Of a stretch of 64,000 nt of DNA, positions 8,110-18,549 are shown one piece after another. The stretch comes from an uncultured Chloroflexia bacterium (GTDB lineage Bacteria > Chloroflexota > Limnocylindria > Limnocylindrales > CSP1-4): the NCBI GenBank assembly GCA_963819655.1, contig CAWFXA010000002.1:1280001-1344000 (forward strand), read 5' to 3'. Numbering within the stretch: position 1 is the stretch's first letter; the number at the start of each line of letters is the position of its first letter. Position numbers and translations under genes: made by a program. Below the pieces are notes generated by a model. That model worked only from the letters and a program-made list of their open reading frames with translations. It made no database searches and had not been told where the DNA came from.

Positions 8110-9641
8110 CCGAGCCGACGCGTCCGTTCCCGCCCGGGACGTATCCGGTCGTGGTCATCGGCTCCGGCCCTGGCGGCCTGCAGGCGTCGTACGCGCTCCG
8201 CCGGGAGGGTATCGCTCACGCCCTGATCTCCGAGGATCCGGCGCCGGGCGGGATGTTCCGGCGCTGGCCCCATTTCCAACGGCTGTTGTCGTGGACCAAG
8301 CCCCACGCCCCAGCCGAGCGGGGTTCGCGCGCGTACGAGCGTTACGACTGGAACAGTCTGCTAGCCGACGAGCCCGAGGCACGGGCGCTCCAGCCCGACC
8401 TGATGGATGGCACCTCGTACTTCCCGTCGCGCCCGGAGATGGAGGCGAACCTCGGCCGCTTCGCCGAACGGGCGCACATCGACGTCCGCTACGAGTGCCG
8501 GTGGACCGGCACGCGCCGGGTCGACGACCCCGACGGCCCGGGTTTCGTCGTGTCGACGACCGACGGCGACTACCGCGCCCAGGCCCTGGTCGTGGCGGTC
8601 GGCGTCGCCCAGCCGTTCTCGCCGCCGGGGATCGGCATGGAGCTGACGCACCACTACGCTGCGGTCCGGCCGGCGGAGTCGTATGCCGGGCATCGGGTGC
8701 TGATGCTGGGCAAGCAGAACTCGGGCTTCGAGCTGGCGAACGGCCTGCTGCCGTGGGCTCGCGAGATCGTGCTGGTGTCGCCGTCGCCGGCCAAGTTCTC
8801 CGTGCAGACTCGGTCACTGGCCGGCGTCCGGGCGCGCTACGTCCAGCCCTACGAGGACCACGTCCTCGGCGGCGGTGTCGCGGTGCTCGACGCAGCGCTT
8901 GACCGGATCGAGCGGACCGAAGGAGGCGATGGCAGCCTGACCGTCCGACTGCGACGAACCGACACCGGCGACGAGCTCGCGCTCGAGGTCGACGACGTCA
9001 TCTCGGCGACCGGGTTCGTCACGCCGATCCTGGACCTGCCCGAGATCGGCTGCTCGATCAGCGGCCGTGCCCGGTTGCCGCTCGTCACGCCGTGGTGGGA
9101 GAGCACGACCCTCCCCGGCGTGTACTTCGCCGGCACGATCGGGCAGGCCGCCAAGGGCTTGGTGAAGCACGGGGTGCCCGCGAATTCCGGTGCGGTTCAT
9201 GGCGCCCGCTATAACGCGGTCGTGCTGGCGCGCCGGATGGCCGAGGTCCGTTTCGGCAAGCAGATCGACCGGCCCCCGATCGCCCCGGACGCTCTCGCGA
9301 CGACCATCGCGACCGAGCTATCGATCGCGCCGGAGCTGTGGCACCAGCGCGCGTATCTCGCGCGCGTCTTCACGCTCGATCCGGATGCCGGGATCGTCGA
9401 CGACGGCGTCGAACCCTTGACCCACTTCCTCGACGCGGGCGGGTCGAACGCGATCGCGGTCACTCTCGAGGCCGACGGCACGGGGGCGATCTACCCGGTC
9501 CTGTACACGCGGATGGCGGGTGAGATCCGCGAGAGGAACATGGAGCCCGACCCGTTGCTCCGGTACGACCGTCCCGAGGCGCGGCGCGCGATCGCGGGGA
9601 TCGTCCGCGACGTGGTCCCCGCCGTCCCGAAGGCCGGCTGA
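8106..9641 (+). CDS. FAD/NAD(P)-dependent oxidoreductase (pyridine nucleotide-disulfide/monooxygenase-like)
   Basis: GSGPGG, PGGMF, GKQNSG, SATG, PGVYFAG; GTGA overlap with upstream gene. Confidence 0.85.
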   Translation: MTEPTRPFPPGTYPVVVIGSGPGGLQASYALRREGIAHALISEDPAPGGMFRRWPHFQRLLSWTKPHAPAERGSRAYERYDWNSLLADEPEARALQPDLMDGTSYFPSRPEMEANLGRFAERAHIDVRYECRWTGTRRVDDPDGPGFVVSTTDGDYRAQALVVAVGVAQPFSPPGIGMELTHHYAAVRPAESYAGHRVLMLGKQNSGFELANGLLPWAREIVLVSPSPAKFSVQTRSLAGVRARYVQPYEDHVLGGGVAVLDAALDRIERTEGGDGSLTVRLRRTDTGDELALEVDDVISATGFVTPILDLPEIGCSISGRARLPLVTPWWESTTLPGVYFAGTIGQAAKGLVKHGVPANSGAVHGARYNAVVLARRMAEVRFGKQIDRPPIAPDALATTIATELSIAPELWHQRAYLARVFTLDPDAGIVDDGVEPLTHFLDAGGSNAIAVTLEADGTGAIYPVLYTRMAGEIRERNMEPDPLLRYDRPEARRAIAGIVRDVVPAVPKAG

Positions 9642-9677
9642 GGCCGCATCAGGCCGGTCAGGCCGCATGAGGCCGCG

Positions 9678-10841
9678 TCAGGCCAGCCGCGCCAGGCGCT
9701 CCGCGGCCGCCTCGAGCGTCTCGATCCTCTTCGGGAACGCGAAGCGCAGCTTCGTCCGCCCGAGCTCCGGTCGCGAGAAGAACGAGGACCCAGGCACGGC
9801 CGCCACACCCGGATCGCGGATCAGGCGATGGGCGAACGTGACGTCGTCCTCGCCCTCCCTGGCGAGGTCGCGGATGTCGGTCATCACGTAGTACGCCCCG
9901 CGTGGCTCGTGGACGCGGAAACCTGCCTCCCGGAGAGCCGGCACCAGGAGGTCACGCCGTTCGCGGTAGCCGGCGAGCAGGTCGCGGTAGTACGCGTCGG
10001 GGAAGCACAGCGCGGTGACGGCCGCTGCCTGGAGCGGCGCGGCTGCGCCGACGGTGAGGAAGTCGTGGACGCGGCGGATGCCCAGGGACAGTTCGGGCGC
10101 GGCGATCGTCCAGCCGATCCGCCAGCCGGTGACGGAGTACGTCTTGGACATCGAATGGATGCTGACGGTCCGCTCGGCCATGCCGGGGAGCGTCGCGAGT
10201 GGGATGTGCTCCCCGTCGTAAACCAGGTGCTCGTAGATGTCGTCGGTGAAGGCGATGACGTCGTGCTCGACGCACAGGCCGGCGATGAGCTCGAGCTCCG
10301 CGCGGGAGAACACCTTGCCGGTCGGGTTGTGCGGGGAATTGACGACGATCCCGCGCGTGCGTGGCCCGAACGCCCGGCGCAACTCGTCAGGATCGATCGA
10401 CCAGTCCGGCTCGTGCAGTGTGACGTAACTCGGGACGGCGCCCGACAGGATCGCGTCGGGTGCGTAGTTCTCGTAGTACGGCTCGAAGATCACGACCTCG
10501 TCGCCCGGGTCGAGCAGGCCGAGCATCGCGGCGATCATGGCCTCGGTCGCCCCACACGTCACGGTGACCTGTGTCTCGGGGTCGATGGCACCGAAGCCCG
10601 GGAAATGGCGCGGCGTCGACTCGGCGATCGCGTCGCGCAGCGGCTTCGAGCCCCAGGTGATCGCGTACTGGTTGATGTCGGCGTCGACGGCTTCGGCGAC
10701 GGCCCGCTTGAGCTCCGGCGGACACGCGAAGTCGGGAAAGCCTTGCGCCAGGCTGACCGCGCCGTGCGCGACGGCGACGCGGTTCATCTCGCGGATGACC
10801 GACTCGGTGAATGACTCGGCCTTCCGGCTGATGCGCAGCAC
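9678..10841 (-). CDS. Class I/II PLP-dependent aminotransferase
   Basis: LAQGFPDF, NSPHNPTG, DDIY, SKTYSVTGWRIG. Confidence 0.93.
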   Translation of the reverse strand: MLRISRKAESFTESVIREMNRVAVAHGAVSLAQGFPDFACPPELKRAVAEAVDADINQYAITWGSKPLRDAIAESTPRHFPGFGAIDPETQVTVTCGATEAMIAAMLGLLDPGDEVVIFEPYYENYAPDAILSGAVPSYVTLHEPDWSIDPDELRRAFGPRTRGIVVNSPHNPTGKVFSRAELELIAGLCVEHDVIAFTDDIYEHLVYDGEHIPLATLPGMAERTVSIHSMSKTYSVTGWRIGWTIAAPELSLGIRRVHDFLTVGAAAPLQAAAVTALCFPDAYYRDLLAGYRERRDLLVPALREAGFRVHEPRGAYYVMTDIRDLAREGEDDVTFAHRLIRDPGVAAVPGSSFFSRPELGRTKLRFAFPKRIETLEAAAERLARLA

Positions 10842-10879
10842 GGGGGCAGTCTAGCGGTCGCCCACCGCCGACCTAGTCC

Positions 10880-11338
10880 TCAGCTCACCGCCTTCTTCAC
10901 GAGCGCGCCGATCCGCTTCTCGTCGGCGGCGGTCAACCTGGTCAGGGCGAACGATGTCGGCCACATCGTGCCGTCGTCAAGGTTCGCGTCGTCGTTGAAG
11001 CCGAGCGTCGCGTATCGCGTCTTGAACTTATCCGCGCTTGTGAAGAAGCAGATGATCTTGCCGTCCTTGGCATATCCGGGCATCCCGTACCAGGTCTTCG
11101 GCGAGATGGCCGGTGCGCTGGCCGTGACGATCGCATGGAGCCGCTCGGCGATGACCCGATCCGGTTCGGGCATCTCGGCGATCTTCGCGAGCACGGCTTT
11201 TTCGTCATCCGCCTTGCTCGCGTTCGCCTTCAGCTCTTTGGCCCGCTCCTTCATCGCGTCTCGTTCCTCGTCCGAGAATCTCTTGGACGTCTTGCCGTTC
11301 GCAGCTGTGGTCTTGGGGGACTTCTGGGCGGCGTTCAT
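10880..11338 (-). CDS. DUF1801/YdhG-like protein
   Basis: [28 protein letters not shown]; GGAGG RBS before ATG 11338. Confidence 0.85.
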   Translation of the reverse strand: MNAAQKSPKTTAANGKTSKRFSDEERDAMKERAKELKANASKADDEKAVLAKIAEMPEPDRVIAERLHAIVTASAPAISPKTWYGMPGYAKDGKIICFFTSADKFKTRYATLGFNDDANLDDGTMWPTSFALTRLTAADEKRIGALVKKAVS

Positions 11339-11433
11339 GGCAGGTTCCTCCGAAGGTGTCGTGGTGGGGACGACCCCCATGCTACGGGAGCCGTCGCGGC
11401 AGCTGCTTCTCCGAAACTGCTCGGTCGTGCCAG

Positions 11434-12390
11434 TCACAGGGCGTCGAAGAACTCCGTGAGGTGTCGCTCGTATTCCAGGGGCTCGAGCCACATCGCCTCC
11501 GTGTGGGCGGCACCCTGCACGATCCATGACGCCATGTCGACATCGGCGGCCCGGGACGCGGCGATCAGCGCCGACGAGTAGTCGACGCTCAGGCGTCCGT
11601 CGTCGGCGCCGTGCGTGATGAAGAGCCGACGGCCCGTCATCCGGCCGACCGCCGCGAGCGGGCTGCGTGTCGTCAGGTCGTCGCCGCTCAGCATCCGGGC
11701 CATCGCCAGGCCACCGGCCTCGAGGAACTGCGGGTAGCCGTTGCGGGTCAGCTCGGCCCGGATGGCGACGCCGATATCGGCGTAGCTCGAGTCCTCCCAG
11801 GTCGCCGCGACCCGCTGTTCCTCCCCGCTCGCGATGAGGACCGTCGCGGCGCCGAGCGAGATCCCCAGCAGGCCGATCCGCTCCTCGGGGATCGACCGGG
11901 CCGACTGGAGCCAATCCCATGCGCCGAGCACGTCGCGGTACTCCTCGGTTCCGCCCGCATAGCGACCATCCTCGTCGGTGGAGTCGCCGTGATCGCGCAG
12001 ATCGATCAGAAGGACCGAGAACCCATTCCGCTGCAGCATGCCGGCCGGGAGCAGGACGTCGTGGTCCCGCTTGCAGGCCGTATGCCCGTGGACGACGACG
12101 ATGGCCGGCGCATCAGGCTCCGCTGACGGGATCCACCAGCCACTGATCGTGATCCCCGTGTCGCGACTCGGGAAGCTGACATCCTCGGGATCGGGCATGG
12201 CATATGCCGCGGTGTCCACGTCGGGGTGGTCAGGATCGCTGAAGGTCGTCGGGTCGTTCGCCGCCCACTCCGGGTGGCAGTTCCCGTCCACCCTGGTCAG
12301 CCGGTCCCAGACGACCGCGCTGGCGGTCCCGTAGCCGAACACGACGACCACGACCACGGCGATGGCGAGGATGATGAGAGCGCGTCGCAC
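11434..12390 (-). CDS. Membrane-anchored alpha/beta hydrolase
   Basis: N-terminal [19 protein letters not shown] nucleophile, HGADD, GAAH. Confidence 0.88.
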   Translation of the reverse strand: MRRALIILAIAVVVVVVFGYGTASAVVWDRLTRVDGNCHPEWAANDPTTFSDPDHPDVDTAAYAMPDPEDVSFPSRDTGITISGWWIPSAEPDAPAIVVVHGHTACKRDHDVLLPAGMLQRNGFSVLLIDLRDHGDSTDEDGRYAGGTEEYRDVLGAWDWLQSARSIPEERIGLLGISLGAATVLIASGEEQRVAATWEDSSYADIGVAIRAELTRNGYPQFLEAGGLAMARMLSGDDLTTRSPLAAVGRMTGRRLFITHGADDGRLSVDYSSALIAASRAADVDMASWIVQGAAHTEAMWLEPLEYERHLTEFFDAL

Positions 12391-12429
12391 GGGTGCGACG
12401 GTACGCCGCCAGCGTCAGACGGGCTCGCG

Positions 12430-14550
12430 TCAGACCAGCTGGCGCGGCATCGTTTCGTGCCAGTCGCGCTCGAAGAACCGGACGCCATCGACATCGACCT
12501 CGAGCCGGATCGCCAGGTCGAAGTCGGAGACCGTGCTGGTCTGCCGGGAGACGGCCCTGATCTCGATCTGGGTCAGGGCTCCCGGTCGGTCGGGATCGTC
12601 GCGCTCCTGCCAGCGGTAGACCACATCGGCATCGAGCTCGGCGCGCGCCGGCTCACGGTCCCACGCGGTCATGGTGAGCGTCTCGGCCGCGTACAGCCGG
12701 CGGCCATCCGGGACGACGTCCTCGCCGCCATCGTGGATCCGAACCGTGACCGAGCCGGTGAGGACGTCTTCCTCGATGCGCCATGCCGGCGGGTCGGTGA
12801 TGGCCGGGCCGCGTCCGTCGGCTGCCTCGGCGACCGGCCAGCGCAGCTCCGGGGGCTCGCGACGGAATGCCGGCACGGGCGCGTCACCTGCTCCGCCGGC
12901 CGGTGGGATGACCGGCAGTTCGAGGCGCGATGGTGTCGAGCCAGCGCGGTGGAGTGCGAACGACGCCGGATACGGCGACGGCCACAGCACCGGCCACAGC
13001 GACGACGCGATCGCGACGCGCACCCGATGCCCGGGCAGCCACCGGTATCCGGCTGTGCGCAGCGGGATCCGCACCTCCTCGACGACGCCGGGCCGGACGG
13101 CCAGCGGCGCATCGTGCGAGTGCCGGTGGGTGAGGTTCAGCACCCCGGCACTCACCAGCGCGGATGTGCCGTCCGGCGCGACGTCGGACAGGCGGACGGA
13201 CAGCGTGGCGACCGGCGCGTCGACCTGGACGTGCACGACGACGATCGGGACGCCGAGCACCTCGAGAGCCTCGTCCAGCGGTTCGGATGTGTAGGTCGGA
13301 CCGGCGGCCTCGTCCGGTCGGAGGTCGCGGGCGAGGCCGTTCGGGGATCCTCCGGCTCCCCATGACAGCGGGCCGCGCGTGCCGGTCGTCGGTCGGTGGC
13401 GGAATGTGTCGACCCCAGGCTCGCCGTCGAGGGTCTCGCTCAACACCCCGGCCCCGAAGCGCCAGGCGCGGGTGGCCATGCCCGGATGGGGATACGCCGG
13501 GGCCGCCCGCCAGCGGCCCGGCAGGGATGCCGGGAACGGCTCCGGTTCCGCGTACTCGTGCTCGAACCACACGATCGGCGGCTCGTCGTCCCATCCGTTG
13601 TCGACACCGTTGAGATGCCGATCGAAGAACCGGGCGATCTCGTGCAGCTCGTCGAGATTCGGCCCCGGCGACGCCGAATGCGGCCATGAGTGCACCCAGT
13701 TCCCGATCAGCGTGTGCGAGGGGGCCGGGCACAGCGCCTGCATCCGGAACGCCGGGTCGACGTACGAGTCGTGCCACCCGCCGACGTTGAAGATCGCCGC
13801 CTCGATCGCGTCGTAGGCCGGAGCGAGGGACCCCTGCCGCCAGTACGGCCCGTCGGCCTGGTGCCGCAGCCAGCTGAACAGCCACGGCGGTGTCGCGTCG
13901 AGCCGGGCACGCCATTCGTCGCGCCAGGCCGAGCCGCGGTACGACGCATCCGGGGGCATCGCATTCATCGCGACCTGGCTGACCGCGTACTGCGACAGCT
14001 CGCTGACGGTCACGCACCCGCCGCGGTAGTGGACGTCGTCGAGATAGCGGTCGTCGGTCGCCATGACCGGCACGATCGCGCGCAGGTGGGGCGGCCGGAG
14101 CGCCGCGACCTGGATCGACGTGAACCCGCCATACGAGATGCCCCACATCCCGACCGAGCCGCTGCACCACGGCTGGGACGCGAGCCATTCCACCGCGTCG
14201 TACCCGTCCCGTGTCTCGTCGGCTGTGTATTCGTCGAGCGCGACACCGCCCGATGACCCCGTCCCGCGAACGTCGACCCGGCAGAGCGCGAAACCACGGG
14301 CGGCGAGCCACTCGCCGCGCGTGACGTCCGCCGCCCGGCGCCAGTTGTCCTTGCCGTACGGGATCATCTCGAGGATCGCCGGGAACCGGCCGGCGTTCTC
14401 GCCGACCGCATCGCCGACGTCCTCGCCGGGATGCGGAGTGGGCCGCCAGATGTTGGCGGACAGCTCAACGCCGTCGCGCACGACGATGCGCGCGTCCCAG
14501 GCGACCGCGACGTCGAAGCGTGGCTCTGGCGCGGGACGCAGATCGGTCAC
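12430..14550 (-). CDS. CocE/NonD family hydrolase (peptidase S15)
   Basis: PYGK, DVRGTGSSGG, GISYGG, GGWHD, PepX_C-like C-terminus. Confidence 0.92.
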   Translation of the reverse strand: MTDLRPAPEPRFDVAVAWDARIVVRDGVELSANIWRPTPHPGEDVGDAVGENAGRFPAILEMIPYGKDNWRRAADVTRGEWLAARGFALCRVDVRGTGSSGGVALDEYTADETRDGYDAVEWLASQPWCSGSVGMWGISYGGFTSIQVAALRPPHLRAIVPVMATDDRYLDDVHYRGGCVTVSELSQYAVSQVAMNAMPPDASYRGSAWRDEWRARLDATPPWLFSWLRHQADGPYWRQGSLAPAYDAIEAAIFNVGGWHDSYVDPAFRMQALCPAPSHTLIGNWVHSWPHSASPGPNLDELHEIARFFDRHLNGVDNGWDDEPPIVWFEHEYAEPEPFPASLPGRWRAAPAYPHPGMATRAWRFGAGVLSETLDGEPGVDTFRHRPTTGTRGPLSWGAGGSPNGLARDLRPDEAAGPTYTSEPLDEALEVLGVPIVVVHVQVDAPVATLSVRLSDVAPDGTSALVSAGVLNLTHRHSHDAPLAVRPGVVEEVRIPLRTAGYRWLPGHRVRVAIASSLWPVLWPSPYPASFALHRAGSTPSRLELPVIPPAGGAGDAPVPAFRREPPELRWPVAEAADGRGPAITDPPAWRIEEDVLTGSVTVRIHDGGEDVVPDGRRLYAAETLTMTAWDREPARAELDADVVYRWQERDDPDRPGALTQIEIRAVSRQTSTVSDFDLAIRLEVDVDGVRFFERDWHETMPRQLV

Positions 14551-14617
14551 GGCGCGAGTCTACGAGGCGCCCCGGACGCCCCGACGACGCCGCTCGCGCC
14601 GTGCGACGATGCCGAGC

Positions 14618-15166
14618 ATGGACGGTCGGTTCGTGCGCAATTCCCGGCGGCTCGCATACGAGAACCCGTGGATCACCGTGTGGCACGACGAGGTGACGCG
14701 ACCGGATGGCAGCCCCGGCATCTACGGCGTCGTCCATTTCGAGAATCTCGCCGCGGGGGTCGTGGCATTCGACGATGAAGGCCGCATCGTCCTGGTCGGC
14801 CAGCACCGCTACACCCTCGATCGATATTCGTGGGAGATCCCGGAGGGCGGGGTGTCACCACGGGAGACCGCGCTCGCCGGCATCCAACGCGAGCTGCGTG
14901 AGGAGACTGGCCTCGAAGCCACCGACTGGCGCGAGCTGGGCCGGTTCGACCTGTCCAACTCCGTGACCGACGAGCAGGCGGTGCTCTTCGTGGCTTCTGG
15001 TCTCCGCCACGGCGTTGCCTCGCCGGAACCGACCGAATCGATCGCCCTCCGCTGGGTGCCCTTCGACGAAGCGCTTGCGATGACCATGGACGGGCGGATC
15101 ACCGACATGATGAGCGTCGTCGCGATCCAGCGACTGGCTCTCGAGCGCGCGGACGGCACACAATGA
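14618..15166 (+). CDS. NUDIX hydrolase (ADP-ribose pyrophosphatase-like)
   Basis: QHRY, WEIPEGG...RELREETGL Nudix box. Confidence 0.9.
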   Translation: MDGRFVRNSRRLAYENPWITVWHDEVTRPDGSPGIYGVVHFENLAAGVVAFDDEGRIVLVGQHRYTLDRYSWEIPEGGVSPRETALAGIQRELREETGLEATDWRELGRFDLSNSVTDEQAVLFVASGLRHGVASPEPTESIALRWVPFDEALAMTMDGRITDMMSVVAIQRLALERADGTQ

Positions 15167-16338
15167 AGCGACGGGACTGGAACGTCATCGTCGTCGGGCT
15201 CGGAGCGTTCGGATCGGCTGCAGCCTACTGGGCGTCGACGCGGCCTGGCGTCCGTGTCCTCGGCCTCGAGCGCTTCGAGCTCGGCCATGCGAACGGCGCC
15301 TCGGCCGATCACAGCCGGATCATCCGCCTGTCCTACCACCGCCCCGACTACGTGCGGCTCGCCAAGCGCGCGTACGAGACGTGGGCTGCCGTGGAGGCCG
15401 AGGCGGACGAGCGGATCGTGACGGTGACCGGCGGACTCGACCTGTGGCCGGCCGATCCGGCCATCCCGCAGATCGACTACACCGGCAGCCTTGCCGCCGA
15501 GGCTGTCCCGTTCGAGCTCCTCGGCGCCGGCGAGATCATGCGTCGCTGGCCTGCCTGGCGGCTGACCGACGACGTCACCGGTGTGTGGCAGGAGCAGGGC
15601 GGGATCGCCGACCCGAACCGCGGGAACGCCGCTCACCGGCGGCTCGCCACGTCGCGGGGCGCGACTCTGGTCGAGCGGGCGCCGGTCGATGCGATCCGGG
15701 AGGTCGGCGGAGCGTACGAGGTCGATGCCGGTGGCACGACGTACGGCGCGGGCCGCGTGGTCATCACGGCGGACGCCTGGACCAACGAGTTGCTCGCGAA
15801 CTTCGACCGGCGGCTGCCGCTGACCGTCACGAAGGAGCAGGTCACCTACTTCGCCACACCCGACCCCGCGCATTTCGCCCCCGACCGTTTCCCGGTCTGG
15901 ATCTGGATGGACGACCCGTCGTTCTACGGGTTCCCGATCTACGGCGAGCCCGGCCCGAAGGTCGCCCAGGACTGCGGTGGCCAGCCGACGACTCCCGACA
16001 CGCGGACGTTCGAGCCGGACGAGGCCATCCAGTCCCGCGTCCACGCGTTCCTCGCGGACCATCTCCCCGGAGCTATCGGACCGGACATCTACACCAAGAC
16101 CTGCCTCTACACGATGACCCCCGAGCGCGACTTCGTCGTCGACCGACTGCCCGATTCCACGGGCGTCGTCGTGGGGCTGGGTGCCGCGCACGGGTTCAAG
16201 TTCGCGTCGGTCATGGGCCGGATCCTCGTCGAGCTCGCGCTCGACGGCGCGAGCTCATCGGCCGGCGAATTGGGGGCGTTCCGGATCGACCGCCCATCGC
16301 TTCTCGCCGCCGACCCGCCGCTGCGGCCACTCGTCTAG
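15163..16338 (+). CDS. solA: N-methyl-L-tryptophan/monomeric sarcosine oxidase
   Basis: GLGAFG, GASADHSRIIR, CLYTMTP (covalent-FAD Cys), HGFKFAS. Confidence 0.85.
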   Translation: MKRRDWNVIVVGLGAFGSAAAYWASTRPGVRVLGLERFELGHANGASADHSRIIRLSYHRPDYVRLAKRAYETWAAVEAEADERIVTVTGGLDLWPADPAIPQIDYTGSLAAEAVPFELLGAGEIMRRWPAWRLTDDVTGVWQEQGGIADPNRGNAAHRRLATSRGATLVERAPVDAIREVGGAYEVDAGGTTYGAGRVVITADAWTNELLANFDRRLPLTVTKEQVTYFATPDPAHFAPDRFPVWIWMDDPSFYGFPIYGEPGPKVAQDCGGQPTTPDTRTFEPDEAIQSRVHAFLADHLPGAIGPDIYTKTCLYTMTPERDFVVDRLPDSTGVVVGLGAAHGFKFASVMGRILVELALDGASSSAGELGAFRIDRPSLLAADPPLRPLV

Positions 16339-16511
16339 GCAGTTCCCAGGGCACATCCGGGGCGGTTGCGGGCGCGTCCCGCGGACCCTTTCCTTGCACC
16401 CGAAGGCGGCGTGTGCGACGGTACCGCCCACTTCGGCCGGAGACGGCTGGGGAACGGTGACGTTGCGACGGTCCGCGGGGAGGGCAACGGATCGTCCTGG
16501 AGGAGGAGTCG

Positions 16512-18473
16512 ATGCGATCGACCACGCGCGCCCGGTTGGGGCGAGTCCTGGCTGCGGCAGGTCTGCTGGGGGCTGCGCTGCTCCCCGGCGCTTCGGTCAC
16601 GACCGCCGCGGACGAGGACAAGACGCTCCGGGTCGGGACGGCCCAGGAGTTCGACTCGATCAACCCGAACCTGTCGTACCTCGTCTCCTCGTACGAGGCC
16701 TTCATCCTCAACTACGACCTGCTGGTCGGGTTCGGGCCCGATCTCGAGTACGCGCCAACCGGATTCGCCGAGTCCTGGACCCAGGACGGGGCGTCGTGGA
16801 CGTTCAAGATCCGCGAAGGGATGACCTGGTCGGACGGCGAGCCGGCCGACGCCGGTGACGTCGCCTTCACGTACCAGTACCTGCTCGACAGCATGGATCC
16901 CGCATACAAGGGGCCATTGGCACCGGACGGCAACGACCTGCCGGCCGAAGGCGAGACCGCGGGTGATGGCGCTGCCGACAACCCGCTGTCGCTCTTCGGC
17001 GACTTCCTGGTCAGTACGGTCGAGCTGCAGAGCGTGGAGCTCGTCGACCCGACCACCGTGAAGATGACCACGGCCTTCCCGACCTCGCTGCTGCTGGGCG
17101 CCTACATCCCTGTGCTCCCTGAGCACATCTGGGGCACTGTGCCGTTCGCCTCCGCGGCGACCGACTTCCAGACCGATCCCCCGGTCGTCGGAACGGGGCC
17201 GTACCAGACGGTCGAATGGAAGCGCGGCGAGTTCGCCCGCTTCGAGCGCAACCCGCATTACTGGGGCAAGCAGCCCTTCGTCGAGGAGGTCATCTTCCAG
17301 TTCTACGCCGATCAGGATGCGATGGGCCAGGCGCTGAAGGCGGGAGAGGTCGACTACGTCCGGTCGATCCTGCCCGAGCAATTCGAATCGATCGACGCCG
17401 AGGCAGACATCGTCGGCATCAACGGCAACGGGCAGGGCTGGACCCAACTCGCCTTCAACACGTACGACAAGGACATCGACGGCGGCGGGGCATCGACCAC
17501 GGCCGTGCGCGATCCGAAGTTCCGCGACGCCCTCGGGTACGCCATCGACGGCCAGGAGCTCGTCGACCAGGTCCTGAGTGGCTACGGCCTACCAGGGACG
17601 ACCGTCGTCCCGCCGTTCCTCTCCCAGTTCCACATCGACCCCGCGACCCCACGGACATTCGACCTCGACGAGGCCAAGCGTCGACTTGACGCCGCCGGGT
17701 ACCTCGACGCGAACGGGAACGGGACGCGCGAGGACAAGGAGGGCAAGGAGATCAGCCTCCGGATCTACCACCCGACGACTGACGCGAAATACGCCAAGGC
17801 GGGCCAATTCGTGGCCGATTGGTGGCAACAGATCGGCATCGGGGCGACGATCCAGGGCTTCGAGTCGGACACCCTCACCGAGTTGCTCTACACACCTGAA
17901 GCGGGCGGGACCGCCGACTACGACATCGAGCTCTGGGGATGGGTCGGCGGCGCCGATCCGGACTTCCTGCTGTCGATCTTCATCACGTCGCAGATCGGCG
18001 TCTGGAGCGACAGCAACTACTCGAACCCTGCCTACGACGCGCTGTACGACCAGCAGAAGAAGGCCGCCACGTTCGATACCCGCAAACCGATCGTCGATGA
18101 GATGCAGAACCTCATCTACGACGAGGCGCCGTACCACGTCCTCTTCTACGACGCGGAGCTCCATGCTCATCGGACCGACAAGTTCGAAGGCTGGGTCCTG
18201 CAGCCGCGCGACGGCGGTGTGAGCCTGTTCGCCACGGGCGTCGAGACGTATCTCAACCTCGTCGCGGCGGGCAGCACCGCCACCCCATCACCGCCACCGG
18301 CCGCATCGGGCGGCGCGTCGGCAGCGCCGTCGGCAGCCCCGACGACCGACGCCGGCGGCACATCGTCGTCGACGCCGCTCCTGTTGGGCGTCGGAGCGGT
18401 CGTTGCGTTGGTCGCTGTCGGCCTCGTGTTGCTGCGGCGCGGTCGCGCGACCGCGACCGGCGAAGACGAGTAG
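16512..18473 (+). CDS. Peptide/nickel ABC transporter substrate-binding protein (family 5), C-terminally anchored
   Basis: IREGMTWSDGEP, VGTGPY, RNPHYW; signal peptide and C-terminal TM plus RRGR; GGAGG RBS. Confidence 0.92.
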   Translation: MRSTTRARLGRVLAAAGLLGAALLPGASVTTAADEDKTLRVGTAQEFDSINPNLSYLVSSYEAFILNYDLLVGFGPDLEYAPTGFAESWTQDGASWTFKIREGMTWSDGEPADAGDVAFTYQYLLDSMDPAYKGPLAPDGNDLPAEGETAGDGAADNPLSLFGDFLVSTVELQSVELVDPTTVKMTTAFPTSLLLGAYIPVLPEHIWGTVPFASAATDFQTDPPVVGTGPYQTVEWKRGEFARFERNPHYWGKQPFVEEVIFQFYADQDAMGQALKAGEVDYVRSILPEQFESIDAEADIVGINGNGQGWTQLAFNTYDKDIDGGGASTTAVRDPKFRDALGYAIDGQELVDQVLSGYGLPGTTVVPPFLSQFHIDPATPRTFDLDEAKRRLDAAGYLDANGNGTREDKEGKEISLRIYHPTTDAKYAKAGQFVADWWQQIGIGATIQGFESDTLTELLYTPEAGGTADYDIELWGWVGGADPDFLLSIFITSQIGVWSDSNYSNPAYDALYDQQKKAATFDTRKPIVDEMQNLIYDEAPYHVLFYDAELHAHRTDKFEGWVLQPRDGGVSLFATGVETYLNLVAAGSTATPSPPPAASGGASAAPSAAPTTDAGGTSSSTPLLLGVGAVVALVAVGLVLLRRGRATATGEDE

Positions 18474-18549
18474 CCGCCCGCGCTCGTCCGCATTCGCCAG
18501 ATGACGGGAAGAGGGGCGGCTGCCGGGAGGCGGCCCGCCCCGTCTGCCC

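Noticed and set aside
9640-9685. 10-bp TNAGGCCGCN repeats between convergent genes
   Set aside because: Short slippage-type repeats around stop codons with no evident function
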